Positions 9,792 to 18,715 of a stretch of 46,605 bases of DNA are shown piece by piece; position 1 is the first letter of the stretch; each line of letters starts with the position of its first letter. The notes below the pieces were generated by a model. The model did no database searches. It saw nothing but the letters and a program-made list of their open reading frames with translations, and had not been told where the DNA came from. Source of the stretch: Geoglobus sp. (GTDB lineage: Archaea; Halobacteriota; Archaeoglobi; Archaeoglobales; Archaeoglobaceae); contig WAMS01000042.1 in NCBI GenBank assembly GCA_015522195.1, positions 1 to 46,605 of the forward strand, written 5' to 3'. Position numbers and translations under genes: made by a program.

Positions 9792-10036
9792 TGTCCGATT
9801 ATGAGGTGAAAATTCTCAGGGAGATGAGAAAGGGAGAATCGGATCCTGAAAGGATATCGGGCAGAACGGGAATTCCGTTGGAGATAGTGGAAGTGGTGGT
9901 AAGGGAGCACAGACATGATTTCAAAGAACCTGAAACCAGAAAAAAAATCCGGTTTACGAAAGACTCAGTTACCCTGCTCATTGATCTGATAATTCTTTAT
10001 GTGCTTCTCAGGCTGGTAATGGCGCTTGCAGGGTGA
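9788..10036 (+). CDS. Small protein, HTH-like N-terminus plus C-terminal TM helix
   Basis: ATGA overlap with the upstream gene; DPERISGRTGIPLEIV (HTH-like) and a hydrophobic C-terminus. Confidence 0.65.
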   Translation: MMSDYEVKILREMRKGESDPERISGRTGIPLEIVEVVVREHRHDFKEPETRKKIRFTKDSVTLLIDLIILYVLLRLVMALAG

Positions 10037-10040
10037 GACT

Positions 10041-10712
10041 GTGATAGAGTTCCTGATAATCATGGGACTGGCTGGAGCATATCTGGTTTATCTCCACAGG
10101 GACGACCTTGAGCTCAGCTTGAGAATTTCAAGAACCAGAACAAGGGCAGATGAGATCGTGAAGAGAATATTTAAAAGCAGGAGAGCCATACTGGTAATGG
10201 CAGGTATTGAAATTGCCATTTTTCTTGTTATTGTCTATCTCGGTCTCACAATGAAAATATTTTTTGCAGCCGTGCTTTCAAACAGCATGTCCCCGACATT
10301 TGAGAGAGGAGACATTGTTCTGGTTCAGACGATTTTCAGGGAGCCAAAAGAGGGAGACATAGTCATGTTTGTAAGCGAGGAATTTGGTTACTCGGTAACC
10401 CACAGAGTTCTGAAGGTCAGCGGCGATAAGGTTTATACGGGAGGTGATGCTTCCGGCCCTGATGGCGATCCCATAGCCAAGGATGCCATTATTGGAAAAG
10501 CGATCCTGATCTTTGGGAAGCCAATTGTGGTCAAGGGTGTTGGAAACTACTTCATTCTTGATGTAAAGGAGATGAGAGACATTGGACCTTACGGGCAGGA
10601 ATATCTGTTTTACAAAAAACTGATTGATGCCATGAGACAGTACGCCCTTGCAGTAATCATTATCGGAATTTCTGCATACATTTACGTTACAGTAAGGGAG
10701 ATCAGATATTGA
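10041..10712 (+). CDS. Signal peptidase I, S26 Sec11/SipW type
   Basis: VLSNSMSPTFERGDIV (catalytic Ser), GDIVMF, VTHRV (His), TGGDA. GTG 10041 follows a GGGTGA RBS (track start is TTG 10026). Confidence 0.87.
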   Translation: MIEFLIIMGLAGAYLVYLHRDDLELSLRISRTRTRADEIVKRIFKSRRAILVMAGIEIAIFLVIVYLGLTMKIFFAAVLSNSMSPTFERGDIVLVQTIFREPKEGDIVMFVSEEFGYSVTHRVLKVSGDKVYTGGDASGPDGDPIAKDAIIGKAILIFGKPIVVKGVGNYFILDVKEMRDIGPYGQEYLFYKKLIDAMRQYALAVIIIGISAYIYVTVREIRY

Positions 10713-10718
10713 TTCGTT

Positions 10719-11549
10719 TTACTGGCTTTTTGAGAACATCTTTGAAAGGGTGTTCTTTATTTTTCCCTTCAGACTTTCTTTTTCCTGAGACCGGATGTTT
10801 TTCGCGAGCATGTAGTAGTAATAGGCATAAACCGCCGAGGCCACAAAAATAACACCTTGGGTTATGGCTATTCCTGCGAGGGTTCTGAGGATAAGATAAA
10901 GAGAGGGCACCACAAGCGGTGGGGCTATCAGCATTATGAGGGCCTCACTCCTGTCAAAGAGTCTGAACTCTGTTGTTATGAATCCCCACCAGACTATGAA
11001 AAGAAGAGAGGAGAGAAGGTGATCGTATGGCAGGACGTACTGGGTTATGAAGATAAAGATTCCAATGTAAAAAACCATGACCACAATTGATTTGAAGTAA
11101 AAGTTTATTTTCTGCTCCGGTGTCAGTTTCTGAGTCGTTGCCAGATCCTCTATAACCGAGATCTTGTTCTCCACACTTTCCATCCGCTTGGAGAGTCTGT
11201 TAATCTCGACTATCGCAACAGCAACCTCCTCAAGCACTGGCCTGAGTTTTGAATAGATTATCTCATTGAATGCGGCATTTGCAGAGACCTCATATCCTGC
11301 AAGCCTTTTTCTCAGATTGAGAGAACCACCTATGAGTATGGATGAGAAAATGAGAAACAGCACGTCTATTGCAATATTTTCAGGGGGCCTTTCAAGCTGG
11401 TAATCTGTGTACAGTGATATGATGGAGAGGACAAAAAGAATAACCCCAACAAAAAATGCAATCAGAGTGACAAGACTGTCCTGCATTCTCATTGGGCTAT
11501 GTTTTGCAGGAGTTAATTTAAATATTTCTCCTTTTTCTTTTTCCGCCAT
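10719..11549 (-). CDS. Hypothetical multi-pass membrane protein with central coiled coil
   Basis: 276-aa ORF: 2 TMs, heptad-like segment (INRLSKRMESVENKISVIEDL), then about 4 more TMs. Confidence 0.7.
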   Translation of the reverse strand: MAEKEKGEIFKLTPAKHSPMRMQDSLVTLIAFFVGVILFVLSIISLYTDYQLERPPENIAIDVLFLIFSSILIGGSLNLRKRLAGYEVSANAAFNEIIYSKLRPVLEEVAVAIVEINRLSKRMESVENKISVIEDLATTQKLTPEQKINFYFKSIVVMVFYIGIFIFITQYVLPYDHLLSSLLFIVWWGFITTEFRLFDRSEALIMLIAPPLVVPSLYLILRTLAGIAITQGVIFVASAVYAYYYYMLAKNIRSQEKESLKGKIKNTLSKMFSKSQ

Positions 11550-11641
11550 TCACCGAAGATAATGCATGGGGAGACTGTTATGATAAGTTCCAGCATGTTT
11601 CGGGAGAAGCTTAAAATAAATCCAGAACATTATTACCTACA

Positions 11642-12766
11642 ATGCACATTCCACGGAATGTTTACAGGAAAAGAGTAAGGAAAGTCCAGAATTTAATGCA
11701 GGAAAGTGAGATTGACGCTCTGCTTGTTCTCTCTCTTGAGAACTACAGGTATTTCACTGGAGATGTTAGAAAGCAACCAAGAATGTTAATCCCCTCTGAA
11801 GGCGATCCAGCACCAATTGTATTCGAAAGTGAAAGGGAAGAGGTTGAGAGAAAAACAGGACTTGAGGCAAAAACCTACAGGTCTCTCCCTCAGATGCTCT
11901 CATCGGTCATTGGCTTTTTAAATGAGCTGGAGAAAGACGAGCCTGTTGTTGCGGTGGAGATGGAGTTCTCAACACCAGCGTTTCTGATAGAGCGTTTCAG
12001 AATGGCAAACCCTCATGTAGAGGTTGTTGACGCAAAGCAGATTGTCGGGCCTCTCAGAAAAATCAAGGACAGGTATGAGATTGAATTGATGAGAAAAGCC
12101 GGAAAGCTGGCTGATTTCGCAATGGAGGTTGCTGTGAACCGTCTGAAGCCTGGCATAACTGAGATGGAACTTGCCCTTGAGGTGGAGTACAGTGTGAGGA
12201 AGAAGGGTGCGGAAAGGCTGTCGTTTCCAATGTTTGTCAACTCAGGAGAGAGGAGTCTGTGGCTTCATGGACTGGCAACCGACAGGACGATAAAGGATGG
12301 AGACGTTGTTCTGATTGATATCGGTCCTGTGTATGGCGGATACTGCTCAGACATCGCGAGAACGTTTGTTGTAGGAAATGCAACTGAAGAACAGAAAAAA
12401 GCCCGCAAAGCGTATCTGGAAATGCAGGAAAGAGCTTTGACACTAATTGACGAAAAGAAAAATGAGATAACGGTGCTTGAAATTGAAAGAGAAAACGATG
12501 AATTCCTGAAAGGTTGCGGATACGGTGGACTGTATGTGAGGGGCTTCGTTCACGGTATAGGACTGGGGTTCGAGGAGACACCTTTTCCCACAATATTTCC
12601 GGAAGACTTGAGGGAAACCATTTTGGAGGGCATGACTCTGGCTGTTGGACATCCTGTGCTTTCGATAAGGGATGTGGGCGGGTTCAGACTGGAAGATACA
12701 TGTTATGTTGGCAGGAGAGTTGAGAACCTGACAAATTTTGATAAAGATCTTTTTGAGGTGGGATGA
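11642..12766 (+). CDS. M24 (Xaa-Pro peptidase/creatinase) family protein with atypical active site
   Basis: Creatinase-type N-domain; DIG..YGGYCSDIARTF, HGIGL, GFRLED. Confidence 0.88.
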   Translation: MHIPRNVYRKRVRKVQNLMQESEIDALLVLSLENYRYFTGDVRKQPRMLIPSEGDPAPIVFESEREEVERKTGLEAKTYRSLPQMLSSVIGFLNELEKDEPVVAVEMEFSTPAFLIERFRMANPHVEVVDAKQIVGPLRKIKDRYEIELMRKAGKLADFAMEVAVNRLKPGITEMELALEVEYSVRKKGAERLSFPMFVNSGERSLWLHGLATDRTIKDGDVVLIDIGPVYGGYCSDIARTFVVGNATEEQKKARKAYLEMQERALTLIDEKKNEITVLEIERENDEFLKGCGYGGLYVRGFVHGIGLGFEETPFPTIFPEDLRETILEGMTLAVGHPVLSIRDVGGFRLEDTCYVGRRVENLTNFDKDLFEVG

Positions 12767-13177
12767 ATGGCCGAGGCCAAAATGGAGTTTTCGGTGAATG
12801 TTGGTCCCGATAAGATTTTGCCCAGATTGATGGATATGGGGGCTGTTGGCAGGTGCTTCAAGTTTGTGGGGAGCGTGAGCGAGGATGGAAGGGTATGGAA
12901 GGTTAAGGCTCCCATGTCTGCCATAACCCAGACAAAAGAGCTTCAGGTGAGACTTTTGAATGAGAATCCAGTGGAGTGGGTAGCTGAAGGAAAGCATCTC
13001 CTCTGGAAGGGGAGATTCGAGGTGATAGGGGAAAAAGAAGGGAGTGTTGTGAGGGTTGTTCTATCTGTGGAGGGTCTTGGAAGTATGGCTCCAATCATAA
13101 ATCCGATGGCAGGAATGCAGATCGAGGGTCAGCTCAGGTACTTTATTAAGAAACTCAGGGAGATGCTTCAAGAATAA
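12767..13177 (+). CDS. SRPBCC/CoxG-like protein
   Basis: 136 aa; length and pattern (L.D...VGRC, beta-rich core, C-terminal amphipathic helix) resemble CoxG; abuts the upstream gene. Confidence 0.6.
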   Translation: MAEAKMEFSVNVGPDKILPRLMDMGAVGRCFKFVGSVSEDGRVWKVKAPMSAITQTKELQVRLLNENPVEWVAEGKHLLWKGRFEVIGEKEGSVVRVVLSVEGLGSMAPIINPMAGMQIEGQLRYFIKKLREMLQE

Positions 13178-13292
13178 TCCGGAATTTTTTAAATTCTGAG
13201 CCATGTTCTGGTAAATAAACCATCATAAGTTCACCTGTGCCCGGGCAGACAAATCAAAAAAGTTTTAATAACACTCACCTCTGCCCATAATC

Positions 13293-14720
13293 ATGCTTCC
13301 TCCCAAATCTGACTTTTCAGAGTGGTATCACGAAATAATCCAGCAGGCTCAGATCATGGATATAAGATACCCTGTTAAGGGGCTGTACGTGTGGTTTCCC
13401 TTCGGTTTCAAGCTAAGAAATCTGATTTACGGGAAGCTCAGAGATGTAATGGATAGGGAGCACGATGAGGTTTACTTCCCTGCCTTAATTCCGGAAACAG
13501 AACTGGGAAAGGAAGGAGAACACATCAAGGGTTTTGAAGATGAGGTTTACTGGATAACCCATGGTGGGCTGGACGAACTCGACGTTAAGCTTGCCTTAAG
13601 ACCTACAAGTGAGACAGCTATGTATCCGATGTTCAGACTCTGGATAAGGAGTCACGCTGATCTGCCGTTGAAGGTCTACCAGATTGTAAACGTTTTCAGA
13701 TACGAGACAAAACACACAAGACCCCTGATAAGGCTCAGGGAGATAACGTCATTTAAGGAAGCGCACACAGCTCACAGAAGCTATGAGGAGGCAGAAGAGA
13801 ACGTCAGAAAGGCAGTAGATGCTTACAAGGACTTCTTTGACTCCCTCGCAGTCCCGTATTTCATCATAAAGAGGCCGGAATGGGATAAGTTCCCCGGAGC
13901 AGATTACACAATTGCCTTTGACACTGTTATGCCTGATGGAAAAACCCTGCAGATAGGCACCGTTCACCACCTCGCAGATAACTTTGCAAGGACGTTTGAC
14001 ATAAAGTACGAAACTCCTGCGGGAGATCATGCCTTCGTCCACCAGACCTGCTACGGAATCTCAGAAAGGTGTGTTGCATCTGTTATTTCAATTCATGGAG
14101 ACGATCTTGGCCTGATTCTCCCGTTTCATCTCGCTCCCCATCAGGCTGTTGTCATTCCGATACTCTACAAGGGCAGGGAAAAGGAGGTTCTCGATCTTTC
14201 AAACGAGGTTTTCTTCAGGCTCAGGGAAATGGGAGTGAGAACCATTCTTGATGACAGCGACGAAAGGCCGGGAGCAAAGTACTACAGGTGGGAGCTGTTT
14301 GGCGTTCCGCTCAGAATAGAGATAGGTCCGAGAGAGGCTGAAAGCGGAGAGGTTGTCATCTCATTCAGGGACGAGAGGATGAAGAGAAAGATCCCGGCTG
14401 ATGAGATAACCGAGGAGAAGGTGGTTGAGTGGGCTGAAGAGATGCAGGAGAGGCTCAGGAGAAGAGCCATCGACTCGATGCTCGAAAAGGTAAAGTTCTT
14501 TGAAAGTGCTGATGAGATGGAGGAGTGGATGGGAAGGGGCATTGCCCTATTCCACCTCTGCAACAGCCTTAAGTGCGGAGAGAAGATCGAAGAAACCGTC
14601 AGAGCAGGAGTGCTTGGGGAGATCATTGAGATGCCGGAGGAAATAAAGGTGGAGAGAGCGGGAAAGTGCATCGTGTGCGGAAGCAACGGAAAACTGAATG
14701 CAATGGCCAAAAGCTATTAA
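13293..14720 (+). CDS. proS: Prolyl-tRNA synthetase (archaeal/eukaryotic type)
   Basis: FSEWY, LRPTSET, FRYETKHTRPLIRLREI, QTCYGISER; C-terminal Cys cluster. Confidence 0.98.
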   Translation: MLPPKSDFSEWYHEIIQQAQIMDIRYPVKGLYVWFPFGFKLRNLIYGKLRDVMDREHDEVYFPALIPETELGKEGEHIKGFEDEVYWITHGGLDELDVKLALRPTSETAMYPMFRLWIRSHADLPLKVYQIVNVFRYETKHTRPLIRLREITSFKEAHTAHRSYEEAEENVRKAVDAYKDFFDSLAVPYFIIKRPEWDKFPGADYTIAFDTVMPDGKTLQIGTVHHLADNFARTFDIKYETPAGDHAFVHQTCYGISERCVASVISIHGDDLGLILPFHLAPHQAVVIPILYKGREKEVLDLSNEVFFRLREMGVRTILDDSDERPGAKYYRWELFGVPLRIEIGPREAESGEVVISFRDERMKRKIPADEITEEKVVEWAEEMQERLRRRAIDSMLEKVKFFESADEMEEWMGRGIALFHLCNSLKCGEKIEETVRAGVLGEIIEMPEEIKVERAGKCIVCGSNGKLNAMAKSY

Positions 14721-14863
14721 CCGACAAATTTTTTCGGGAGAAAATTTACCTGGCAAAATCACATTTCTATCTTCTTTTCTCCACCTGAAATGATGGCACA
14801 ATTCTCCATATCAAACGAGGGAGTTCGTATTTCAGCTGTGAAAGGGTTTCTGAAATGAGCATG

Positions 14864-15084
14864 TAGTGTTCCCCGGAACCAACACCGTCCATCATCGCAG
14901 GCTCGCGCCATCTCGGGACGGCTGACCGTTCGGGGCTGTTCCATATCGGGGTTGCCCTGAAATCATCGGAAGAGCGTTCGCCCCATCTCATTCAGGGACC
15001 ATGCGACATGGTGTAACCCCGGCGCTTGCAGGGAGTCTCATCGCAGGCCATGCCTTCTTCACCCCCTCCCCGGCCGGGGTTACA
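14864..15084 (-). ncRNA. Three-hairpin box H/ACA pseudouridylation guide RNA (Afu-4/HgcG-Pab40-like)
   Basis: GC-rich intergenic block. Three minus-strand hairpins (AACCCCGGC/GCCGGGGUU; CCAUGUC/GAUAUGG; CCCCGAAC/GUUCCGGGG) each end in ACA (15012-14, 14937-39, 14867-69) and carry a CGAUGA K-turn strand. TTATTTAT TATA ~25 nt upstream. Confidence 0.85.
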
Positions 15085-15152
15085 GTTAACTCTACCTCAG
15101 AAAATAAATAACAATCGCAAACTATATCAAATTTTTCCGCCTATCAGTAGTC

Positions 15153-15953
15153 ATGGAGGTCGATGTTCTGGAGCTCACACCCTCTTTCAGGCTTTACAGG
15201 GTTGGTCTGATAAACTACTATCTCTTTAAAGGAGATGGAAATGTTCTTATCGAGACAGGCCTTACGTGCACGGCTGAAAAGCTCCTTGAAGAGCTTGAAG
15301 AGGATCTGGATGCTGTCATCGTTACCCATTCCCACTTCGATCACATTGCAGGTCTTTCCACAATACTGGAGCAGTATCCTGAGGCTGAGGTTGCAGGGCA
15401 TGAAAGAATAGCACCTCTCTTAGAAAAGGAAAAGGTCATCAGGTCATGGTACTCTGACAACAATCACTTCTGCACGAAGGAAGTTCAGGAACCCTCTTTA
15501 AAACTTGACAGACTCCTGAAGGAAGGTGACGTGTTTCACGGTCTCGAGATATTCGAATTTCCCGGGCATTCACCTGACTCCATAGGGGTTTACAGCAGGA
15601 AAGAAAATGTCCTGCTTGTGACAGACTGCCTCGGATACTTTACCTCTTCAGGGAGAATTGTCCCACTCTTTTTCTACAATTACCAGCAGTACCTTGACTC
15701 AATTCAGAGAATTTCAGGGTTCAGACCAGAAATACTTGGAGTCGGGCATCTGAGAGTTTTCAGAGGTCAGGAATGTGACAGAGCGATCAGCAATGCTTAC
15801 GATGAGGCCGTCAGACTTGGAGAGATGATAAGGTCAGAGATGAGTGACGATGAACTGATAGATTACTTTTTCGTCGATGAACTCAGGCTGTATCCCGAGC
15901 AGGCAATGAAGATCTCTGCTGGATTACTCAGGAGGAGAGTTCTCGAAGCCTGA
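15153..15953 (+). CDS. MBL-fold metallo-hydrolase
   Basis: THSHFDH, PGHSPD, TD, GH motifs. Confidence 0.9.
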   Translation: MEVDVLELTPSFRLYRVGLINYYLFKGDGNVLIETGLTCTAEKLLEELEEDLDAVIVTHSHFDHIAGLSTILEQYPEAEVAGHERIAPLLEKEKVIRSWYSDNNHFCTKEVQEPSLKLDRLLKEGDVFHGLEIFEFPGHSPDSIGVYSRKENVLLVTDCLGYFTSSGRIVPLFFYNYQQYLDSIQRISGFRPEILGVGHLRVFRGQECDRAISNAYDEAVRLGEMIRSEMSDDELIDYFFVDELRLYPEQAMKISAGLLRRRVLEA

Positions 15954-16803
15954 TATCCCTGCTTTCTTTTTTAAATTCTGAGATCCCCGGAAGATCTGCA
16001 AGAACTGTTGAAGCTCTGACAAGGATTGAATGAGCTATTCCTGCAGAGATACTTCCTGTTACAAGGGAAACCATGAATCCCGATCCACTCTCAAACAGCC
16101 CCATACCGCCTGGGGTCAGGGGAGCGAACATCAAAAGTGTTCCAAGAGGTTGAAGAACCATTGCCTGAAAAAAGCTCACTTTCAATCCAAGTGATAGGAA
16201 AATGAGATACCATTGGGCCCCAACAACAATCCAGCCGGTCAGGGATATTGAGAGGATGAAGAGCGCATTCCTCTTCGTCTCCCTTGCATACTTTCTCACC
16301 ATTTTCAGTCTCTCAAGGTTCGGTGGAATGTCAGTCCACAAATATACAACAGCAAGAGAGCTCATCAGAAAGGGGACTGCTACCAAATAAAGCTCATTCA
16401 GACCAAGAAGGTATACTATGCCGATAGAAGCTCCAAACACCTTCACAACCATCTCTACAGCCTGAGAAGAAAGAATAACACCCATGACTGCTTTAGAATC
16501 GATGCCGTAGGCTTTTGCAAAGACAGGAACGGAAAAATATCCTGCTCTGCCCGGGGTGAAATCTCCCGCAATCATACCTGCAAGATGTGCTCTTAAAACA
16601 TCAGAAAACTTTGCCTTTTTTCCCATGGATTCAAGCACATGGTAGATTCGATAGGCAAGCAACACATTCAGAAGCTCGTAACAGATGATTGATCCTATAA
16701 AGAACAGGGGGTTTGCAGAAATAATGTACTTGGCAGAGTCTCTGAAAAACAGAACAAGCAAAACGATAATTCCGATTCCAGCCAGAATCTTCAATCCCCG
16801 CAT
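15928..16803 (-). CDS. UPF0104 / lysylphosphatidylglycerol-synthase-TM flippase-like membrane protein
   Basis: TPGRAG, PLTPGGMGLFE; multiple TMs. Confidence 0.85.
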   Translation of the reverse strand: MRGLKILAGIGIIVLLVLFFRDSAKYIISANPLFFIGSIICYELLNVLLAYRIYHVLESMGKKAKFSDVLRAHLAGMIAGDFTPGRAGYFSVPVFAKAYGIDSKAVMGVILSSQAVEMVVKVFGASIGIVYLLGLNELYLVAVPFLMSSLAVVYLWTDIPPNLERLKMVRKYARETKRNALFILSISLTGWIVVGAQWYLIFLSLGLKVSFFQAMVLQPLGTLLMFAPLTPGGMGLFESGSGFMVSLVTGSISAGIAHSILVRASTVLADLPGISEFKKESRDIRLRELSS

Positions 16804-16938
16804 TCTGAGTTTGGTTCGGTAAATGAAATATAAAATGTGTGGTCTGGCTGTGGAAATTTTCGAGAAATTTTAGCTCAGAAATTTCAGGCACTTAGAAGCA
16901 GTACCCTGTAAAAATTAATGAGTAAAAAACCTGTGTTT

Positions 16939-18555
16939 TCAGAGCATTAAAGGTTTGTAGAATTTTGCTTTGTTCAGAGCCTCATTCTTTACCTTTTTAT
17001 TCTCGAAATGGATATCTACGGGATGTAACTGGCTGAGACCTGCTTTCCTTATGATGTTCTCTCTCAACCGGTCCAGTTCCTTCCCTGATGGTGGATTGGA
17101 AGTAAAAATGAGGATGTCGACATCGTTTGCTTTCCTAACATCACCTTTGGCAACACTCCCGACAAGATATATCTCGGCATCCTCAATCATGTTTGCAACA
17201 TGATGTACGACTGCATCAATCCATCTGTGCCAGTTTTTAATGTTTTCTTCCCTTGTTCTGAGTTTACCGTCAAGAACACTTTTTATTTTTCTTCCTGTGA
17301 TTTTTCGGTAGAGCCCCTCTGCCGCGAATGACAAAACAATCAGACCACCAAAAACACCGAGGTTTTGGATGCTTGTGAGGGACATGCTGTATATAAGTGT
17401 GAGGAGCGCGGTCAAAGTTAGCACTACTCCTGAAATGGGGATTAAAGCGTTTATTTTGAGCTCGTTGCGAAGCAGTAATGCCGCAAGATTTACAAAAAGG
17501 AATATGAGCAAGAATCCCCCACTGCCAGCAGTTGATATAGATTCAAGACTTGCTGTATTTGCGAGAATTAGTGAAAGCATACTTATAACGAGCAACCCCT
17601 CGTATGCTCTTCTCCACAATGGTTTTTCCATGGTTTCAGGGAGCTCACCATACTTTGCCACCATGTAACTTGCTCTGGCAGTGCCGTACAGAGTGGCGTT
17701 TATTGCTGAACTGGTGGATACAAGTGCAGCAAACGTTATAAGCCAGAATCCTGCCTTTCCCAAGGCTGGTTCGGCTGCAACAGCCAGCGCATAGTCTCTC
17801 GATTTAATTATAGCGTCGTATGGCAAAGTTCCAACTGCAACAACTGCAACCATCACGTAAATGAATATCACAGTTATCACAGAGGAAAAGAACACTCTGG
17901 GCAGGATTGAGAGATTTTTTATATCACCGCCTGTATTGGCTATTAGCTCGAAACCCTCATATGCAAGAAAGATTATCATTCCTCCTGCGATTAGACTTAC
18001 CGGATCTGCCCAATCAGAGGGGGAGAGTTTTTTGATCTGAACGAAACCCATACTCGCTCCAGCTACAATCAGTAGAACTGCAAGTTTAAATGCCACCAGT
18101 ACGTCCTCCGTTTTTCCGCTTACAACTGCCCCCAGTGTGTTTACGACTGTAAAAATGGTTATAATGAATGTGATAAGCAGGTGTTTTCCAATTGATGTAT
18201 TTGATAAATTGAGTGCATTTGCTCCGTAACTGCCGAAAGCGTAGGCATAAAGGGAAATCATCACAATGTAGCTTGCCAGCAGCAGTATATTCAATCCACC
18301 TGAAAACAAACCATTACCGAATGCCCTTACAATAAATTCTGTTGTTCCTCCTTCACTTGGATATCTGGCTGTTAGCTTAGCATAGGAATATGCTGTCAGT
18401 AGAGCAATCACTCCTGCCAAAAGAAATGCCAGTGGAGCTGCACTTTTCGATAGCTGAATGCTGAGTCCAAGAACTGCAAATATCCCTCCTCCTATCATCC
18501 CACCAACGCCTATGCTGAATGCCTCTTTGAATCCAATTTTCCCCTCATCTCCCAT
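16939..18555 (-). CDS. APC-family amino acid permease fused to a C-terminal minimal nucleotidyltransferase domain
   Basis: GGMIGGGIF, SYAKL...YPSEGG, FLAYEGFE, STSSAINA; C-terminal IYLVGSVAKGD...NDVDILI...VDIH. Confidence 0.9.
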   Translation of the reverse strand: MGDEGKIGFKEAFSIGVGGMIGGGIFAVLGLSIQLSKSAAPLAFLLAGVIALLTAYSYAKLTARYPSEGGTTEFIVRAFGNGLFSGGLNILLLASYIVMISLYAYAFGSYGANALNLSNTSIGKHLLITFIITIFTVVNTLGAVVSGKTEDVLVAFKLAVLLIVAGASMGFVQIKKLSPSDWADPVSLIAGGMIIFLAYEGFELIANTGGDIKNLSILPRVFFSSVITVIFIYVMVAVVAVGTLPYDAIIKSRDYALAVAAEPALGKAGFWLITFAALVSTSSAINATLYGTARASYMVAKYGELPETMEKPLWRRAYEGLLVISMLSLILANTASLESISTAGSGGFLLIFLFVNLAALLLRNELKINALIPISGVVLTLTALLTLIYSMSLTSIQNLGVFGGLIVLSFAAEGLYRKITGRKIKSVLDGKLRTREENIKNWHRWIDAVVHHVANMIEDAEIYLVGSVAKGDVRKANDVDILIFTSNPPSGKELDRLRENIIRKAGLSQLHPVDIHFENKKVKNEALNKAKFYKPLML

Positions 18556-18715
18556 GGTATCTTCCTCACCCTACCTCGTTTTCTCCAATCTACAAATCTT
18601 CAGTTCAATAAAAAACTTGGGTAACAGTATTGCAGAGAATATGTGCCCTGATAGAACACGGGATTTATCCTCTGCCCAGCAACATTCAAATATTCATCCA
18701 TTCTATGGCTGATGA

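Noticed and set aside
14864-15084. RNase P RNA, SRP RNA or tRNA as the identity of the GC-rich block
   Set aside because: No GAGGAAAGUCC, no SRP helix-8 GGAA motif, no cloverleaf; three ACA-terminated hairpins fit H/ACA
14759-15229. Short ORFs 14759-14944, 14767-14991 and 15026-15229
   Set aside because: They overlap the structured H/ACA RNA, and their translations have no recognisable motif
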